From: Chrysomallon squamiferum
Taxonomy: Eukaryota > Animalia > Mollusca
Assembly: GCA_012295275.1 (NCBI GenBank)
Contig: CM022667.1
Location: 3,472,001 to 3,536,000 of the forward strand
DNA length: 64,000 bases
Reading direction: 5' to 3'
Position numbers and translations under genes: made by a program. The notes beneath the pieces are model-generated. The model had not been told where the DNA came from. It did no database searches and saw only the letters and a list, made by a program, of their open reading frames with translations. This document shows positions 12,560 to 25,582 of the stretch, one piece after another (position 1 is the stretch's first letter; the number at the start of each line of letters is the position of its first letter).

Positions 12560-13544
12560 GTGAATTGTCTTCAGAGTTTGTCTTGACACCAGCTGACATC
12601 ATCTCTGATTGGCTGCTCACCTGTGTCGTTGGTTTACCTGAGTCTTTGAAAATCTCGTTAAACATTGTGATTTTTTTTTTTTCTTTTTGTTTACTTTCTT
12701 ACCTGTCCTTAGAAGTAAGACCTGTTTAAAAAGTCTTATTGCAAACACTGAGTTTAGTTTAGTTTTATCTTTGATTTTCTTAAATTGTTGTACAGGTTTA
12801 GAAGACCCAAATGCAACTCTAAGATGATTTTTCTGTGGTTAAAATCTGTTGGAAAGAATCTTGAATATAATTATTTAAAGCTGTTGAAGATTGATGTAAA
12901 GTTAAATAACTGTTTCAAACTAGTAGCAGTTTACCTGCAAACATATATAATGACATATTTAACTAAGAAGAAGTTTATAACTGTTTTAATTCTAACCTTT
13001 TATCTTAATTTTTTTTTTTTTTTTGATTATTTTTACCTTTCAATTCCAACCTTTTTATACACATGTTAATTAAAGTTCACTCCTTAAAAACAATACTGTG
13101 GTTCTGCTGTCTTGTAAAGTTTATTTCAACTTTTGTCTTAACCTTTAAATTATTTTTACTTTTTTAATTCTGAACCTTCTTTCTATTATTCATACCTTCT
13201 TTTATTTAAAATGAACACTGTGGTACGAAGTCTAGAAATATTTAAATTCTAATCATTTTTTATTATATATATATATCTTAACGTATCTTTCAGTTACTTT
13301 ACTTAAAATAATGTTTCATACTTCTTCAACTCTGATGGTGAATTTATCATTCACCTCCCTCAGTCAGCCTCTGCTGAAGAGAAAACTTTACACAAAGGAT
13401 AAAAATAATAGGTGCGAAAAAAAAAAAAAGAAAAAAAATGGCTGAACCTTTCTGTAGAACAGTTTAAGGAGATTTTAAAACAAAGCCAGACATTAAGCTG
13501 TAGTTTAGGTCTGTCTCAAGTGTGTGTGTATTGGTTTCACTTGA

Positions 13545-13625
13545 GTGATGAGTTTGCAAGACGATACGGAGATTCGAACCCTGATAACCAGAGATCCAGT
13601 CATAAAATAGCACACAAAGCTTTCT
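13545..13625 (-). mobile_element. Possible tRNA-derived SINE head remnant
   Basis: GATTCGAACC at 13571-13580 is Pol III B-box GGTTCGAATC on the minus strand; no full cloverleaf. Confidence 0.3.
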
Positions 13626-13654
13626 CTGCTTGTCTAAACTTAAGTATACGGAAC

Positions 13655-14345
13655 TCTTAACATACTTGTCTGTGCCTAAATATGCAAACATTACACAAAT
13701 CTAAACATATGCCCAGTTATGTCTAAACATTCTTGTCTGCACACCTAAGTATGTAAATCTAAACATACATGTCTGCATTTGAAATATGTAAATCTAAACA
13801 TACATGTCTGCATTTAAATATGTAAATCTAAACATACATGTCTGCATTTAAGTATGTAAATCTAAACATATTTGTCTACACCTAAATACGTAATTTATCT
13901 GTAAACATATATCTTGAAATATATTTGTCTATACCTATTTATGTAAAATATGAAAATTTAAACATATTTGTCTGTATCTAAATATGTAACTCTAAACATA
14001 CTTGTCTGTACCTAATTATTTATATATAAACATATTTGTCTACACTTAAAAAATGTAAATGTAAACATATTTATCAACACCTAAACATACTTGTCTACAC
14101 CTAAATCTAAAAACCATTTTCTACAAATTACATCTTTTTATTTGTCTATTTCCAAAAATATATATATATAATTAATATGTTAGATAAAACTGAAAATAAT
14201 AATATGTACATCCATATACTTGTCTGAATAGTTAATTATATAGAAATTTAAATATATTTAAACATAATCTGTGTCTCATTGCATATGCAATTACATACAT
14301 CTAAACATACTTGTCTATACCTATTACGTAAACATTATACAAAAA
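13655..14345. repeat. Degenerate ~34-38-bp minisatellite (ATCTAAACATAC(A/T)TGTCTGCA..AAATATGTAA)
   Basis: Recurring TAAACATA and TGTCT cores; near-identical copies at 13750-13870, decaying outward. Confidence 0.85.
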
Positions 14346-14528
14346 TAGACATATACATGTCTCTAATGATTTAAACATTGCATAAATGTAAACATTCTTA
14401 TCTAGACATTATCTCTGTTTACTGGTCTATCTGGAGTTATCTAAATATTAGTTAGATCTAAACAGAATGCGAATGCAGATTTCGAAAGTGTATGTTCTTA
14501 TCTATACTGGCTTGTCATTATTATACAG

Positions 14529-14561
14529 GTTTTCATGGACTTGTGTATTTGTCAGATAAAG
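14529..14561 (+). CDS. Candidate 33-nt microexon (VFMDLCICQIK or xFHGLVYLSDKx)
   Basis: Acceptor TCATTATTATACAG|, perfect donor AAG|GTAAGT, length a multiple of 3, two open frames. Confidence 0.22.
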
Positions 14562-15644
14562 GTAAGTAAGAGTAAGTTATGAATTATTTGAGATGCCATA
14601 TTAATCTGCACTTAACAAGTCTGAGCGTATTTATCTCTGTGTGACTATATAAATATAACATTAAATGCCCGAATCTGTTATGTATGATGTAAATGAGTGC
14701 TTCGTAATTATGATTATTTATATTTTCTTGCATAAGATCCTCTCTGTGTGACTGTGTATGTATGTATGTGTGTGTGTGTGTGTGTCTGTGTGTTTGTGTG
14801 TATATGTGTCTGTGTGTATGGATTATATATTTATAATCTGTGTATGTGTTTGATTTTCTTCTTTTTTTCTTTAATTTTTTTTTTTTTTAGTAAGTAATTA
14901 GTATGAATGAACATCATCTGTTTATTATCTAGCAAGCATCAGTCACACACACACACACACAGACAACCTAAGACTTGGCCTGTGTAGCCAAGTGTTAACT
15001 TTATACATAAATTAATATTTTTTTGTTTCTGTCTAGATCTCAGTTTGATCCACTTTTATTGTTGTTCTCATGGAGAGATATTTCATTTTTCTTTCTTTCT
15101 TTTTTTTTTAAAATATAAAATAAACAAAAAAGTGTGAATCACTTACAAGTAAGTGACAAAACTTGCAACTGGTTTGTTTCAGTTATTATTGGTGTGTTTT
15201 TTTTTCGTTTTTTTTTTTTTTTAAAAACTTATGAAAATAGATTTTAAAATATACATTTTTAATTTCTTTTCTCTTTTTTCTTTTTTTCATTTTTTTTTTT
15301 TTTTTTTTTTCAAATTTTTCTCTTATTATATAAATGTTTTCTCGAAATAGCATGCAAATATTGTTGATATCGGCCCAGCAAGACGGCCATAACTAATCTG
15401 TTCTTGAGCTTATTTGTGAAACATAAATGCTTCCCCGAAATCACCAAAGTATTAAATGACATTTTCTATGCTAAATTTGAATTTTTTTATCAGTAGTTTC
15501 TGAGCAGTGCCTGAGTTTTTATCTCTGCTGTATTAATTATTAGCGTTTCCCTCGGGCTGTGTTGCTAGTGATAACACTTTTATTAGTTGCCTCATCTTTA
15601 GATGATGATACCCACGGTGTATTATCTTTAATAAAACTGCAAAC

Positions 15645-15646
<2 letters not shown>

Positions 15647-15733
<87 letters not shown>
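15647..15733. repeat. Long poly-A tract (~85 nt, one C interruption)
   Basis: Direct reading. Confidence 0.9.
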
Positions 15734-15737
<4 letters not shown>

Positions 15738-15869
15738 CAAATAATATTAAAAACAAAGTTTTTCCCCAAAAAACGTTTTCTATTGTTCATTAACATCCAT
15801 CTTTTAATAAAACTTCCAACCTTATAAAGAAAACAAAATAAATAATAATAATAATAATGAAAAAAACAA

Positions 15870-16410
15870 AAATTCCGTTTGGCATAGTCCCTCATTAATA
15901 ACCATCTAAGCAGCTTAGACAGAATATTTACATGCATATTACAAACGCCAGTCACTTTCTGCTTCTTGCATATTTTTTTTAAAAACTTTTTTTTTTTTTT
16001 TTTACATTTTTTTATTTTTTTTTTTTGTTTATTCCACTTGCATAATAACGATATGAAAACGGAGGGGAAAAAGAAGTTATGGCCATCTTGTCTCTTTTTC
16101 ATTAGCAAACGTGTCATGTCCATAATTACAGACGCACAGTATATAATTTGGCGGGCGTCTTGGAAGCTGAATATTCGTCATTGATGCACCATTATTGTTT
16201 CTCCACACACACATTACCAATTGTAAATAATAAATGCAATTTGATAGGGAGGCCAGACTCACCTCCCAACACAATGCCTCTGTAATTGTTGCCATCAAGG
16301 CCTGGCCGACTGTTTATTCAAATGTGAAACATGATTTTCCATCCCGATCCAAATGGAATTAATTACATTAGCCATGAAAATATCCCCCTCGCCTGGCAAT
16401 TCTGACCTTT
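15870..16410. promoter_or_regulatory. Enhancer/CNE-like island
   Basis: Complex sequence dense in CATTA/TAATT and Sox-like ACAAT/ATTGT motifs, bounded by poly-T and (CT)n. Confidence 0.35.
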
Positions 16411-16974
16411 TTTTTTTTTTTTTTTTTTTCTCTCTCTCTCTCTCTCTCTCACTCTCACTCTCACTCTCACACACACATATCCCTTCTAACAATGTTTTAA
16501 CAATCTTTTTCGGCTTCCTTAGGAAAAGCTAAGCATTTCCAGATGCAGATGAAACACAGCAGAACTGTGCTCACAACCTGACACATTCTGCGACATTCCA
16601 TTACTTTAAAAAAAATCACTTTTTATTGTTCGCAGCTTAAGGGAGAAGAAAAAGAAAAAAAATAAGAATTAAGTTTTTTGAAAAAAAAAAATTAATCCAT
16701 TGTGTTTGCTTACCCCTTTACCCCCACACACCCCCCCCAGTGAAAATTGTAAGTTTATCTTAAACGTTATTTTTTTTATTTATTAAACAGATGTTAAAAC
16801 TACTACAGACTTAATGACCTTCTTTTGTTATAAAAACCTTTTTTTTTTTTCAAACAGTTGTAACGAGAAGAAGAAGTTAATCCATTTATTTAGACAAGAC
16901 AAAGTGAGATATCCAACAGATCTTAAAAACGTTACTGAAAAATGAGTTATTAAACTACAGTGCCCTAATAGGTA

Positions 16975-17024
<50 letters not shown>

Positions 17025-17528
17025 AAAAAGAAATAAAAAGTGAAATGAAAGATGATCAGAATGGTTTTTTTTTAATTTTTTTTTTATCTCTCTCTCTTTC
17101 TCAGTGAAGAGAACTGCAAGTGAGAAAACAAAGAGAGATTCTGTGTTTCCCAGTCCTCCCCGAGGCCTTACACTGGCCACTACAGACACACTGATATATG
17201 CAGATTAGATGTCAGTCAACTGCTTGTTTGACCTATTTAATTAAACGGTGGATCCAGTCTTCTCTCATAAAGTGACGTGCATTTCATTACAATTAGGTGT
17301 GTACTGCCACCGCTGCTGCTGTTGTTGCTGTTACTGTTTGTTTTTTTTAAACCTCAACGCCAAACGGAAGCCGATAACACAAGCTGTGACCAGTTGTGTG
17401 TGTCGATACGGTGAGTGAACACGTATATCTCTCTTCTTCACTGACTTCTGCTGTCATTATTTCTCTCACTCTCTGTCTCTCTCTCTCTGTTGTGTCGAGA
17501 TTCTTACCGATCTTGTTAACAGCCTTTC

Positions 17529-17532
<4 letters not shown>

Positions 17533-17584
<52 letters not shown>

Positions 17585-17595
17585 TTCTCTCTCTC
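17533..17595. repeat. (CT)n microsatellite
   Basis: Direct reading. Confidence 0.95.
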
Positions 17596-18190
17596 CCCAC
17601 GCTTGTTTCTTTTCAAGGAATTGTTCATTCATGTTTCTCATTTCACGTAACTCAACCAGTGTTTTGTTGCTTTCCCAGCTATTCAAATATTTAAAACTTT
17701 TGTACCGTGGTTGTGTTTATTTAAGGTGTACGCGAATGTGTGATTATTAATATAGATACAGACACACATGCCTGCCTAGGCTTGGGTAGATTTATGTACT
17801 AGTGCAGATAAATGCTCTAGAGAATTTATGTTCCAGGATATAGAGATTTATTAAACTACTACTGTTATTATTAGCGTTACATAGCTTTATATACTAATAC
17901 ACGTAGAGAGATTTTATATACAATTATAGATAGATGAATACTGTAGTAAAGATATATCCACTTAGTAATATATGTATACAAACACATGTACATAAATCTC
18001 GATATTTGCCAGTGTTGATGGTGAGATGTTTTTCATTACGCTGTTTATTATAACCAGCAAATGGACTACAACAAAAGGCTCTGATTACTGGGAGAGTGTT
18101 TTCATTGTCACCGTTTGACTATTGTTATTAGTATGTGCCCGTGACTGAAACACACCTTTACCTACCTGTTGACGAGTTCTTCCTCCGTGT

Positions 18191-18242
18191 TATTAGACAG
18201 GTGTTTGGCTTTTGTCAGCGGGCAAAGAAACACCTGACAATA
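18191..18242. other. Hairpin / inverted E-box pair
   Basis: CAGGTGTTT (18198-18206) pairs with AAACACCTG (18228-18236); inner TTTGTC/GGCAAA stem around an AGCG loop; outer TATT/AATA pairing. Confidence 0.5.
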
Positions 18243-19079
18243 TGTCTTTCGCGAGTCACGCATCGATGGGTTTTTATTACCTTTTATTTATAATCTTGCT
18301 TCATTTTCTGTGCATTCTTTTTATTGAAACCAGGAGCAGGATTTGATGAAGGGTGTAAAAGGAAGGGAAGAAAAAAATATATATATTTATAAAAAATGAC
18401 GTTTTATTATATATATGCCCCACGTTAATTTTAATTTCATAGGATTGTTTGAAAACTTCGAGTTTTCCAGATGTTTGCTGATCCGAGTGTTTAAGAATGA
18501 CCGACGTTTATAAAGATGTGGCTGAATATTTTAATATAAATCAAGTAACAGAATCTTACAACGTAAATTATTATTTTAAACAATTCTTGAATTTTTGTAT
18601 TTTTATTTAACCTCAGTTTCTTGCCAAAAAAAAAAAAAAAAAAAAATTTTTTTTTTTTTGCATGAATTTATAACATTTTTTCTTTATTTAAATTATATTT
18701 TTGATGGTTAACTGAGAGAAAAAAAAAGTTCATGAATTTCATGCATGTGTAATCTAAAATATATTTTAGATGGTTGTCTCAAAATCCTTTTTTTTTTTGA
18801 AAAAAAAATACTTATGTATTTATTTTATATCAATATCTAATCCCTTGAGTACCTGTTATGATTCATCTGAACCTTAAATGAGTTAGATTAGAAATTTAAT
18901 CAAGCATGAAACTTTGGTATCTTCTAATTCTTTATAGTTTTGCCACTAGATGGCAGTACCAAACTTTTCAATTAGTTATGTGTGTGATGTAGCCGATCAT
19001 TATAAAACTGGTTTACTGATCTCATTACTATAAAACATTTAAATATGTTATTAAACATAATTAAGTTATTTATAACCAA

Positions 19080-19710
19080 CATAAAGATATTCCTTTTTAT
19101 GATGTAACCTTTTTAAAAATATTTTGTTTTATGATGTAACCATTTCCAGAACATTTAAATGTGTAATGTAACTGTTATAAAACTATTTTTAGTGATGTAA
19201 CCATAATAGGAACGTTTAAATTTGTATGGAACAATTTTAAAATTATATTTTTACAATGTAACGATTACCAGAACATTTAAATATGTAATGTAACTTTTTG
19301 AAACTCTTTTTTATGATGTAACCATTACTAGAACATTTAAATATTTTTGTATATCACCATAAAAAAATACTATTTTATATTATGCAACCATTCCCAGAAC
19401 ATTTAAATGTTCGATGTAACCATCATAAAACTATTTTATATAATGTAACCATTACCAGAACAATTAAATGTTTGATGTAACCATCATAAAACTATTTTTT
19501 ATTATATAACCGTCACCAGAACATATAAATGTTTGATGTAACCATCATAAAACTATTTTATATTATATAACCGTCACCAGAACATTTAAATATTTGATGT
19601 AACCATCATAAAACAATTTTTTTAATGACGTAACCATCACCAGAACATTTTAATTTGTGTGTAACCATCATTTCAGTGATGTAACCACCACACACAGGAA
19701 CATTTTTGTC
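19080..19710. repeat. ~60-bp minisatellite built of two ~30-bp GATGTAACCAT subunits
   Basis: Alternating GATGTAACCATCATAAAACTATTTT and TGTAACCATTACCAGAACATTTAAAT; ~10 dimers. Confidence 0.9.
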
Positions 19711-19729
19711 ACCATTGGAAAACTGTTTC

Positions 19730-20005
19730 GAACTTCAAGCTGTCACTGAAGTGATTTTTAACACTCGCACTGCTAGACAACAACAAACACAAAAGAGTTA
19801 AGACAATATTGGACGACTGTCAACTCGATGCCGTAGCCGAGGGAAGGAACACTAGTTGACAGCAAGGTGTCTGTCAACATCGGCACATGGCTGCTGATGT
19901 TGTTGTCTCTCTCTCTCTCTCTCTCGGTTTTTGTGTTGTCTGTTCACAGTGTTACATCATCTGACTGTTGCAGACGTTCATATTTCCTTTCATCACTGTC
20001 AAACT
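19730..20005. promoter_or_regulatory. TGACAG (TALE/Meis-type) motif cluster
   Basis: CTGTCA/TGACAG at ~19740, 19817, 19857, 19871, 19996, including the inverted pair GTTGACAG-N8-CTGTCAAC. Confidence 0.4.
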
Positions 20006-20089
20006 CTTTTCTCTGTTTTTTGTTTTCTTTCTCTTGTGTTTTTTTTTCTTGATTACGATTAATTGTTGTGGTTAGTATTGTTATTTGAT

Positions 20090-20274
20090 TTATTTTTTGT
20101 TGTTGTTGTAGTAGTAGCAGGTAGCAGTAGCAGGTTAGATGTTGTAGAAGAAGTTGTAGTAGTATTAGATGTTGTACTGGAAGTAGTGTTAATGGGTAGT
20201 AGTAATGGTAGTAGTTGTTGTAACAGTACTGTTGGTAGATGTCATAGTAGTTGTCACAGTAATAACATAAATCA

Positions 20275-20313
<39 letters not shown>

Positions 20314-20350
20314 AAATTGCAGTAGTAGTAATAAGTAGTAACAGTTGTAC

Positions 20351-20395
<45 letters not shown>
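20090..20395. repeat. (TAG)n/(GTT)n then (TA)n microsatellites
   Basis: Direct reading. Confidence 0.9.
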
Positions 20396-20397
<2 letters not shown>

Positions 20398-21412
20398 CTT
20401 GTTATTTTTTAATTAATTAATTATTATTTTTATTTTTATTTTTTAAACATTTAGTTATATTAATGTTCTTACTAAAAAAAAAAAAAAAAAAAAAAATTAA
20501 AAAATTTTTTTGCAATTAATTCAACAATCTTGATGAATATTTGTTTTTCAGGATGTATAATTAATGAATTGATCTGATTTTTGATTTAACGATCAGCTTG
20601 TTCACCCATGCGGTTGGTAAAACACTAATTATAAACATCCTTGTTAAACACCGTTATTATTTATTTATTTAATCCGCAATGTTTGTTGTTGTCACAAACG
20701 TCTGTAACACCCTTTTTTTTGCAAGTTTATTACTTTAGTACTCAGTTTCACAACAGATACTGGATATTTTATTTTATTAATCTGTCTGTCTGTCTTTTCA
20801 TCATCATCTATTCATCCATCAGTTTATCCTTTGGTCCTTTTCATTTGTCTCTGTTTATCCATCCATCCATCCATCCATCCTTCTATCCAATCATTCATTC
20901 ATTCATCCATTTATCACACTTTCTTACCATCTACCCTAACATCATCCATCCATTTTTTCCATCCATCCATCTGTCTGTTCACATATCCATCCATTTGTTT
21001 CATTTTTTTTTTTTTTTTTTTTTTTTCCAGTTCAGACAATTGTTTTTTTTTAATTTTAAAACCTCCTGTTTACTTACGAGTACAATTACAGTGAAAATCG
21101 GATTCACTTTTATTTATCACATTTGCATTGATTGTGTAAATTCGACGAAACCGGTATACCCAGAGGTCTAATTAGTCGTCCATTCATTAGCATAGTTACT
21201 TCGTTTATCTGCGAACGTTAGTGTCGCTGACTTGTTCGGTTTCATCACTGCTTATTATTCTCGTTAGGTGCGTATGACTTTGTTCTCGTTTCCGTATTAA
21301 TTGAATTCTGTTTCGTCGTGTAATTCTCGCATCACACTCGGGTTTATTACACTCCTGGTTATTATATGTTTTACCTGTACTTCATCTTGTCATTAATACT
21401 GATGTATGTAGG

Positions 21413-21447
<35 letters not shown>

Positions 21448-22062
21448 GTACGGACACACTGAAAGATGGATAATTAGATCACAACTAGGTATAAATGGAG
21501 TAGTTGTTATTTTTCAAAGTCACTGCTTCATTTAAATCTACAATTTGTAGATCACTGATTTACAAATCTACAATTTGTATTGTACTAGATCAGTGATTTA
21601 CAAATCTATTATTTGCATTTCTGATTTCTAAAATCACAATTTCTGTTGTACTCAGTTGCACAGACAAACACACACAAAAACATACATGCACACACACAAA
21701 CACACACACACACACACATACAGTCACACACATATATAAAGAGAGAGAGAAGAGAGAGAGAGAGAGAGTTTGTATAAGGGGTAGATTATTTTACATTTCT
21801 TTGACTATGTAACAAGTACACCAATGATAATTACTTCATTGTTATTTAATTTTGAATTTAATCTTTTTAATTGTGATTTTAAAAAAGTAAAAAGAAACTA
21901 TTATTGCATGTTATTTAAACTTTCTTTATATAATTATCATTTCTCAAAAAAACTATTGTAATAGTTATTCCTTTTAGATTTTTTAAATAAAATTTTAAAA
22001 GAATTAATGTTAAAATTAGATATTATTTTTAATAAATTTTGTTTATGTTGTTTGCTAGCTGG

Positions 22063-22096
<34 letters not shown>

Positions 22097-23139
22097 AATA
22101 GTTACTTCATATTTTTTATTTGAAATATTTTCAAAAATACAAATCATATATTACATAATTTACTTGTTAATATAATTTATTTATTTATTTTTTAATAAAT
22201 AATAAATAGTTACTACATTTATATACTTGTTATTTTGTATTTTACAAAATCTTTAAACATGAATTATATATTATATAGAAAACTCATCTAACTTATTTGA
22301 TAATGTAGATTATTTTGTTATTATTATATTTTTAAATAAATAGATATATTAATTGATACTTAAATTCTAAAATAAAAATAAATAATTAAAAAACACCAAA
22401 AGAAACACAGAATGCTGGTATAGAACCATTAAATTTTCTTCTTGTAAAAAATGAAATAAGTAATAAATAAATATATATAAACCAAATGTGTCCTTTAATT
22501 TACTTGTTAATGTCTGTGTTAGTTATGTTACTCCAATTTACATAATAAAATTAAATATATTGGTTGTTAGTTCATGAAATATTCAGTATATACATATATA
22601 TGTTAACTATTTTTTGTAGCCTAAAAAAAAAAGACAATTTTTTAAAAATTAAATAAATAATAAAATATAGTAAACAATTAAAATTTATCACCAAATATAA
22701 TTAAACTGTGTAAAACTGACAATATTGTAGATAATTTACAAGTTTTCTTTACAATAAACATATTGTTATTTTTCAAAAAGAGTCTTTTTTTTTTTTAATC
22801 TTTATTTTTTTTTTTTTTTTTAAAAATAAATTCAAAAAAAAAAAAAAAAAAAAAAAAAAATTAAACTCAAAATGCTCTCAGCAACAGATTCGCACCACAA
22901 ACTTGTACACACACACAATAATAAATACATTAGTCTATACTCCATTATTTTTTTTTTTTTTTTTTTTGAAAAAAAAAAAAAAAAAGATTTATACCTACAT
23001 TAATACCTATTCATGAAACTGCCTGTTAATTTCTGCACTACTCACATTTATTTCATTGTCTGTGCAATAAAAACATTGCTAGTAATTACTCTGTATTTTA
23101 AAAAAAAAAAAAAAATGATTAAGACCAAATCTCAGTTTT

Positions 23140-23430
23140 TTTGACACTGCTGCATAAACAGAGTTCTTCGTTACAATCTGCTGGTTAATTCCGTAACAAC
23201 TGCAACATCTCTTTGTTTGCGTTGTAATATAGATTGTATCTGCAGCTTCGCTCGCTATTATGTTTTTGCGTCATCAAATTAATTAAACGAAAATATTGCC
23301 GTCATTACGTTTATCCGTGCAAAACGCATCTTCGTCGCAGAACCCTGACAACTGCGTCTACCTCGTCAGCGATTAGTTTGATCCGCTAATAACACACACC
23401 CAGTATACTTCTTCTTTCTCTCTCCCGTGA
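23140..23430. promoter_or_regulatory. CpG-retaining enhancer/CNE-like island
   Basis: Many CpG and TGACG/CGTCA half-sites plus TAATTA in otherwise extremely AT-rich DNA. Confidence 0.35.
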
Positions 23431-23834
23431 TAATGATTTTTTTTTTTTTTCTTTCTCCCGTGTATTTTAATACTACAACTAATTAAATTGCCGTACACAC
23501 ACATATACATAAACATGATGCATACATTTCATTTATTCTTCGATTTGTCGTATCGACTGTGCTGGTAGAAAATTATACATTTCATTAATTCCTTTAAAAA
23601 AAAAAAATGTTTTTTGAGGATAATAAACGGATCGATTGGAGGTAATTTGTCCTTAAGTACGTTTATGCAATGGTCTAGGGTTACTTAGTGTTCTGCTTTT
23701 CTTAGATCCTGTGTACTCGTTAGTAAGTGTGTTTCTGTTAACCATTTTCACTTATAATTAAGTATCTGACTGTCCCACAGGTCTCTGAACATAACAGGCT
23801 TGTAATCAATATGCAAATAAACAGGTACGATCAC

Positions 23835-25582
23835 AGATAAGAAAAATTGACTAGACGATGTAGCATTCAGATAAATAGCAAGTAATATATATATATATAT
23901 ATATATACAATACAGGTAAATTATAAGTAAGAAAAATTGACTAGACGATGTAGCATTCAGATAAATAGAAAGTAATATATATATATATATACACTACAGG
24001 TAAATTATAAGTAAGAAAAATTGACTAGACGATGTAGGATTCAGATAAATAGAAAGTAATATATATATATATATATATAATACAGGTAAATTATAAGTAA
24101 GAAAAATTGACTAGACGATGTAGCATTTAGATAAATAGAAAGTAATATATATATATACACTGCAGGTAAATTATAAGTAAGAAAAATTGACTAGACGATG
24201 TAGGATTCAGATAAATAGAAAGTAATATATATATATATATACACTACAGGTAAATAATAAGTAAGAAAAATTGACTAGAAGATGTAGGATTCAGATAAAT
24301 AGAAAGTAATATATATATATATATATAATACAGGTAAATTATAAGTAAGAAAAATTGACTAGACGATGTAGCATTCAGATAAATAGAAAGTAATATATAT
24401 ATATACACTACAGGTAAATTATAAGTAAGAAAAATTGACTAGACGATGTAGCATTCAGATAAATAGAAAGTAATATATATATATACACTACAGGTAAATT
24501 ATAAGTAAGAAAAATTGACTAGACAATGTAGCATTCAGATAAATAGAAAGTAATATATATATATATACACTACAGGTAAATTATAAGTAAGAAAAATTGA
24601 CTAGACGATGTAGCATTCAGATAAATAGAAAGTAATATATATATATATACACTACAGGTAAATTATAAGTAAGAAAAATTGACTAGACGATGTAGCATTC
24701 AGATAAATAGAAAGTAATATATATATATATACACTACAGGTAAATTATAAGTAAGAAAAATTGACTAGACGATGTAGCATTCAGATAAATAGAAAGTAAT
24801 ATATATATATACACACACTACAGGTAAATAATAAGTAAGAAAAATTGACTAGACGATGTAGCATTCAGATAAATAGAAAGTAATATATATATATAATACA
24901 GGTAAATTATAAGTAAGAAAAATTGACTAGACGATGTAGGATTCAGATAAATAGAAAGTAATATATATATATACACTACAGATAAATTATAAGTAAGAAA
25001 AATTGACTAGACGATGTAGCATTCAGATAAATAGAAAGTAATATATATATAATACAGGTAAATTATAAGTAAGAAAAATTGACTAGATGATGTAGGATTC
25101 AGATAAATAGAAAGTAATATATATATATATACACTGCAGGTAAATTATAAGTAAGAAAAATTGACTAGACAATGTAGCATTCAGATAAATAGAAAGTAAT
25201 ATATATATATACACTACAGGTAAATTATAAGTAAGAAAAATTGACTAGATGATGTAGGATTCAGATAAATAGCAAGTAATATATATATATATACACTACA
25301 GGTAAATTATAAGTAAGAAAAATTGACTAGACGATGTAGGATTCAGATAAATAGAAAGTAATATATATATATATATATACACTACAGGTAAATTATAAGT
25401 AAGAAAAATTGACTAGACAATGTAGCATTCAGATAAATAGAAAGTAATTTATATATATATATAATACAGGTAAATTATAAGTAAGAAAAATTGACTAGAC
25501 GATGTAGGATTCAGATAAATAGAAAGTAATATATATATATATATACACTACAGGTAAATTATAAGTAAGAAAAATTGACTAT
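23835..25582. repeat. ~82-bp composite tandem array, 22 copies, each with an internal variable (TA)n
   Basis: Unit AAGTAAGAAAAATTGACTAGACGATGTAG(C/G)ATTCAGATAAATAGAAAGTAA(TA)n(CAC/A)TACAGGTAAATTAT; 22 AAAAATTGACTA cores counted from ~23842 to ~25570; degenerate copies continue to ~25780. Confidence 0.97.

Noticed and set aside
23848-23856. TGACTAGA (miR-279 seed) in every array unit
   Set aside because: Only the seed matches; the rest of the mature sequence and a hairpin are absent.
23835-25582. CRISPR-like repeat/spacer appearance (also 59300-60690 and 1550-3000)
   Set aside because: Inter-repeat sequence is only a (TA)n length variant or absent, not unique spacers; eukaryotic context; no cas genes.
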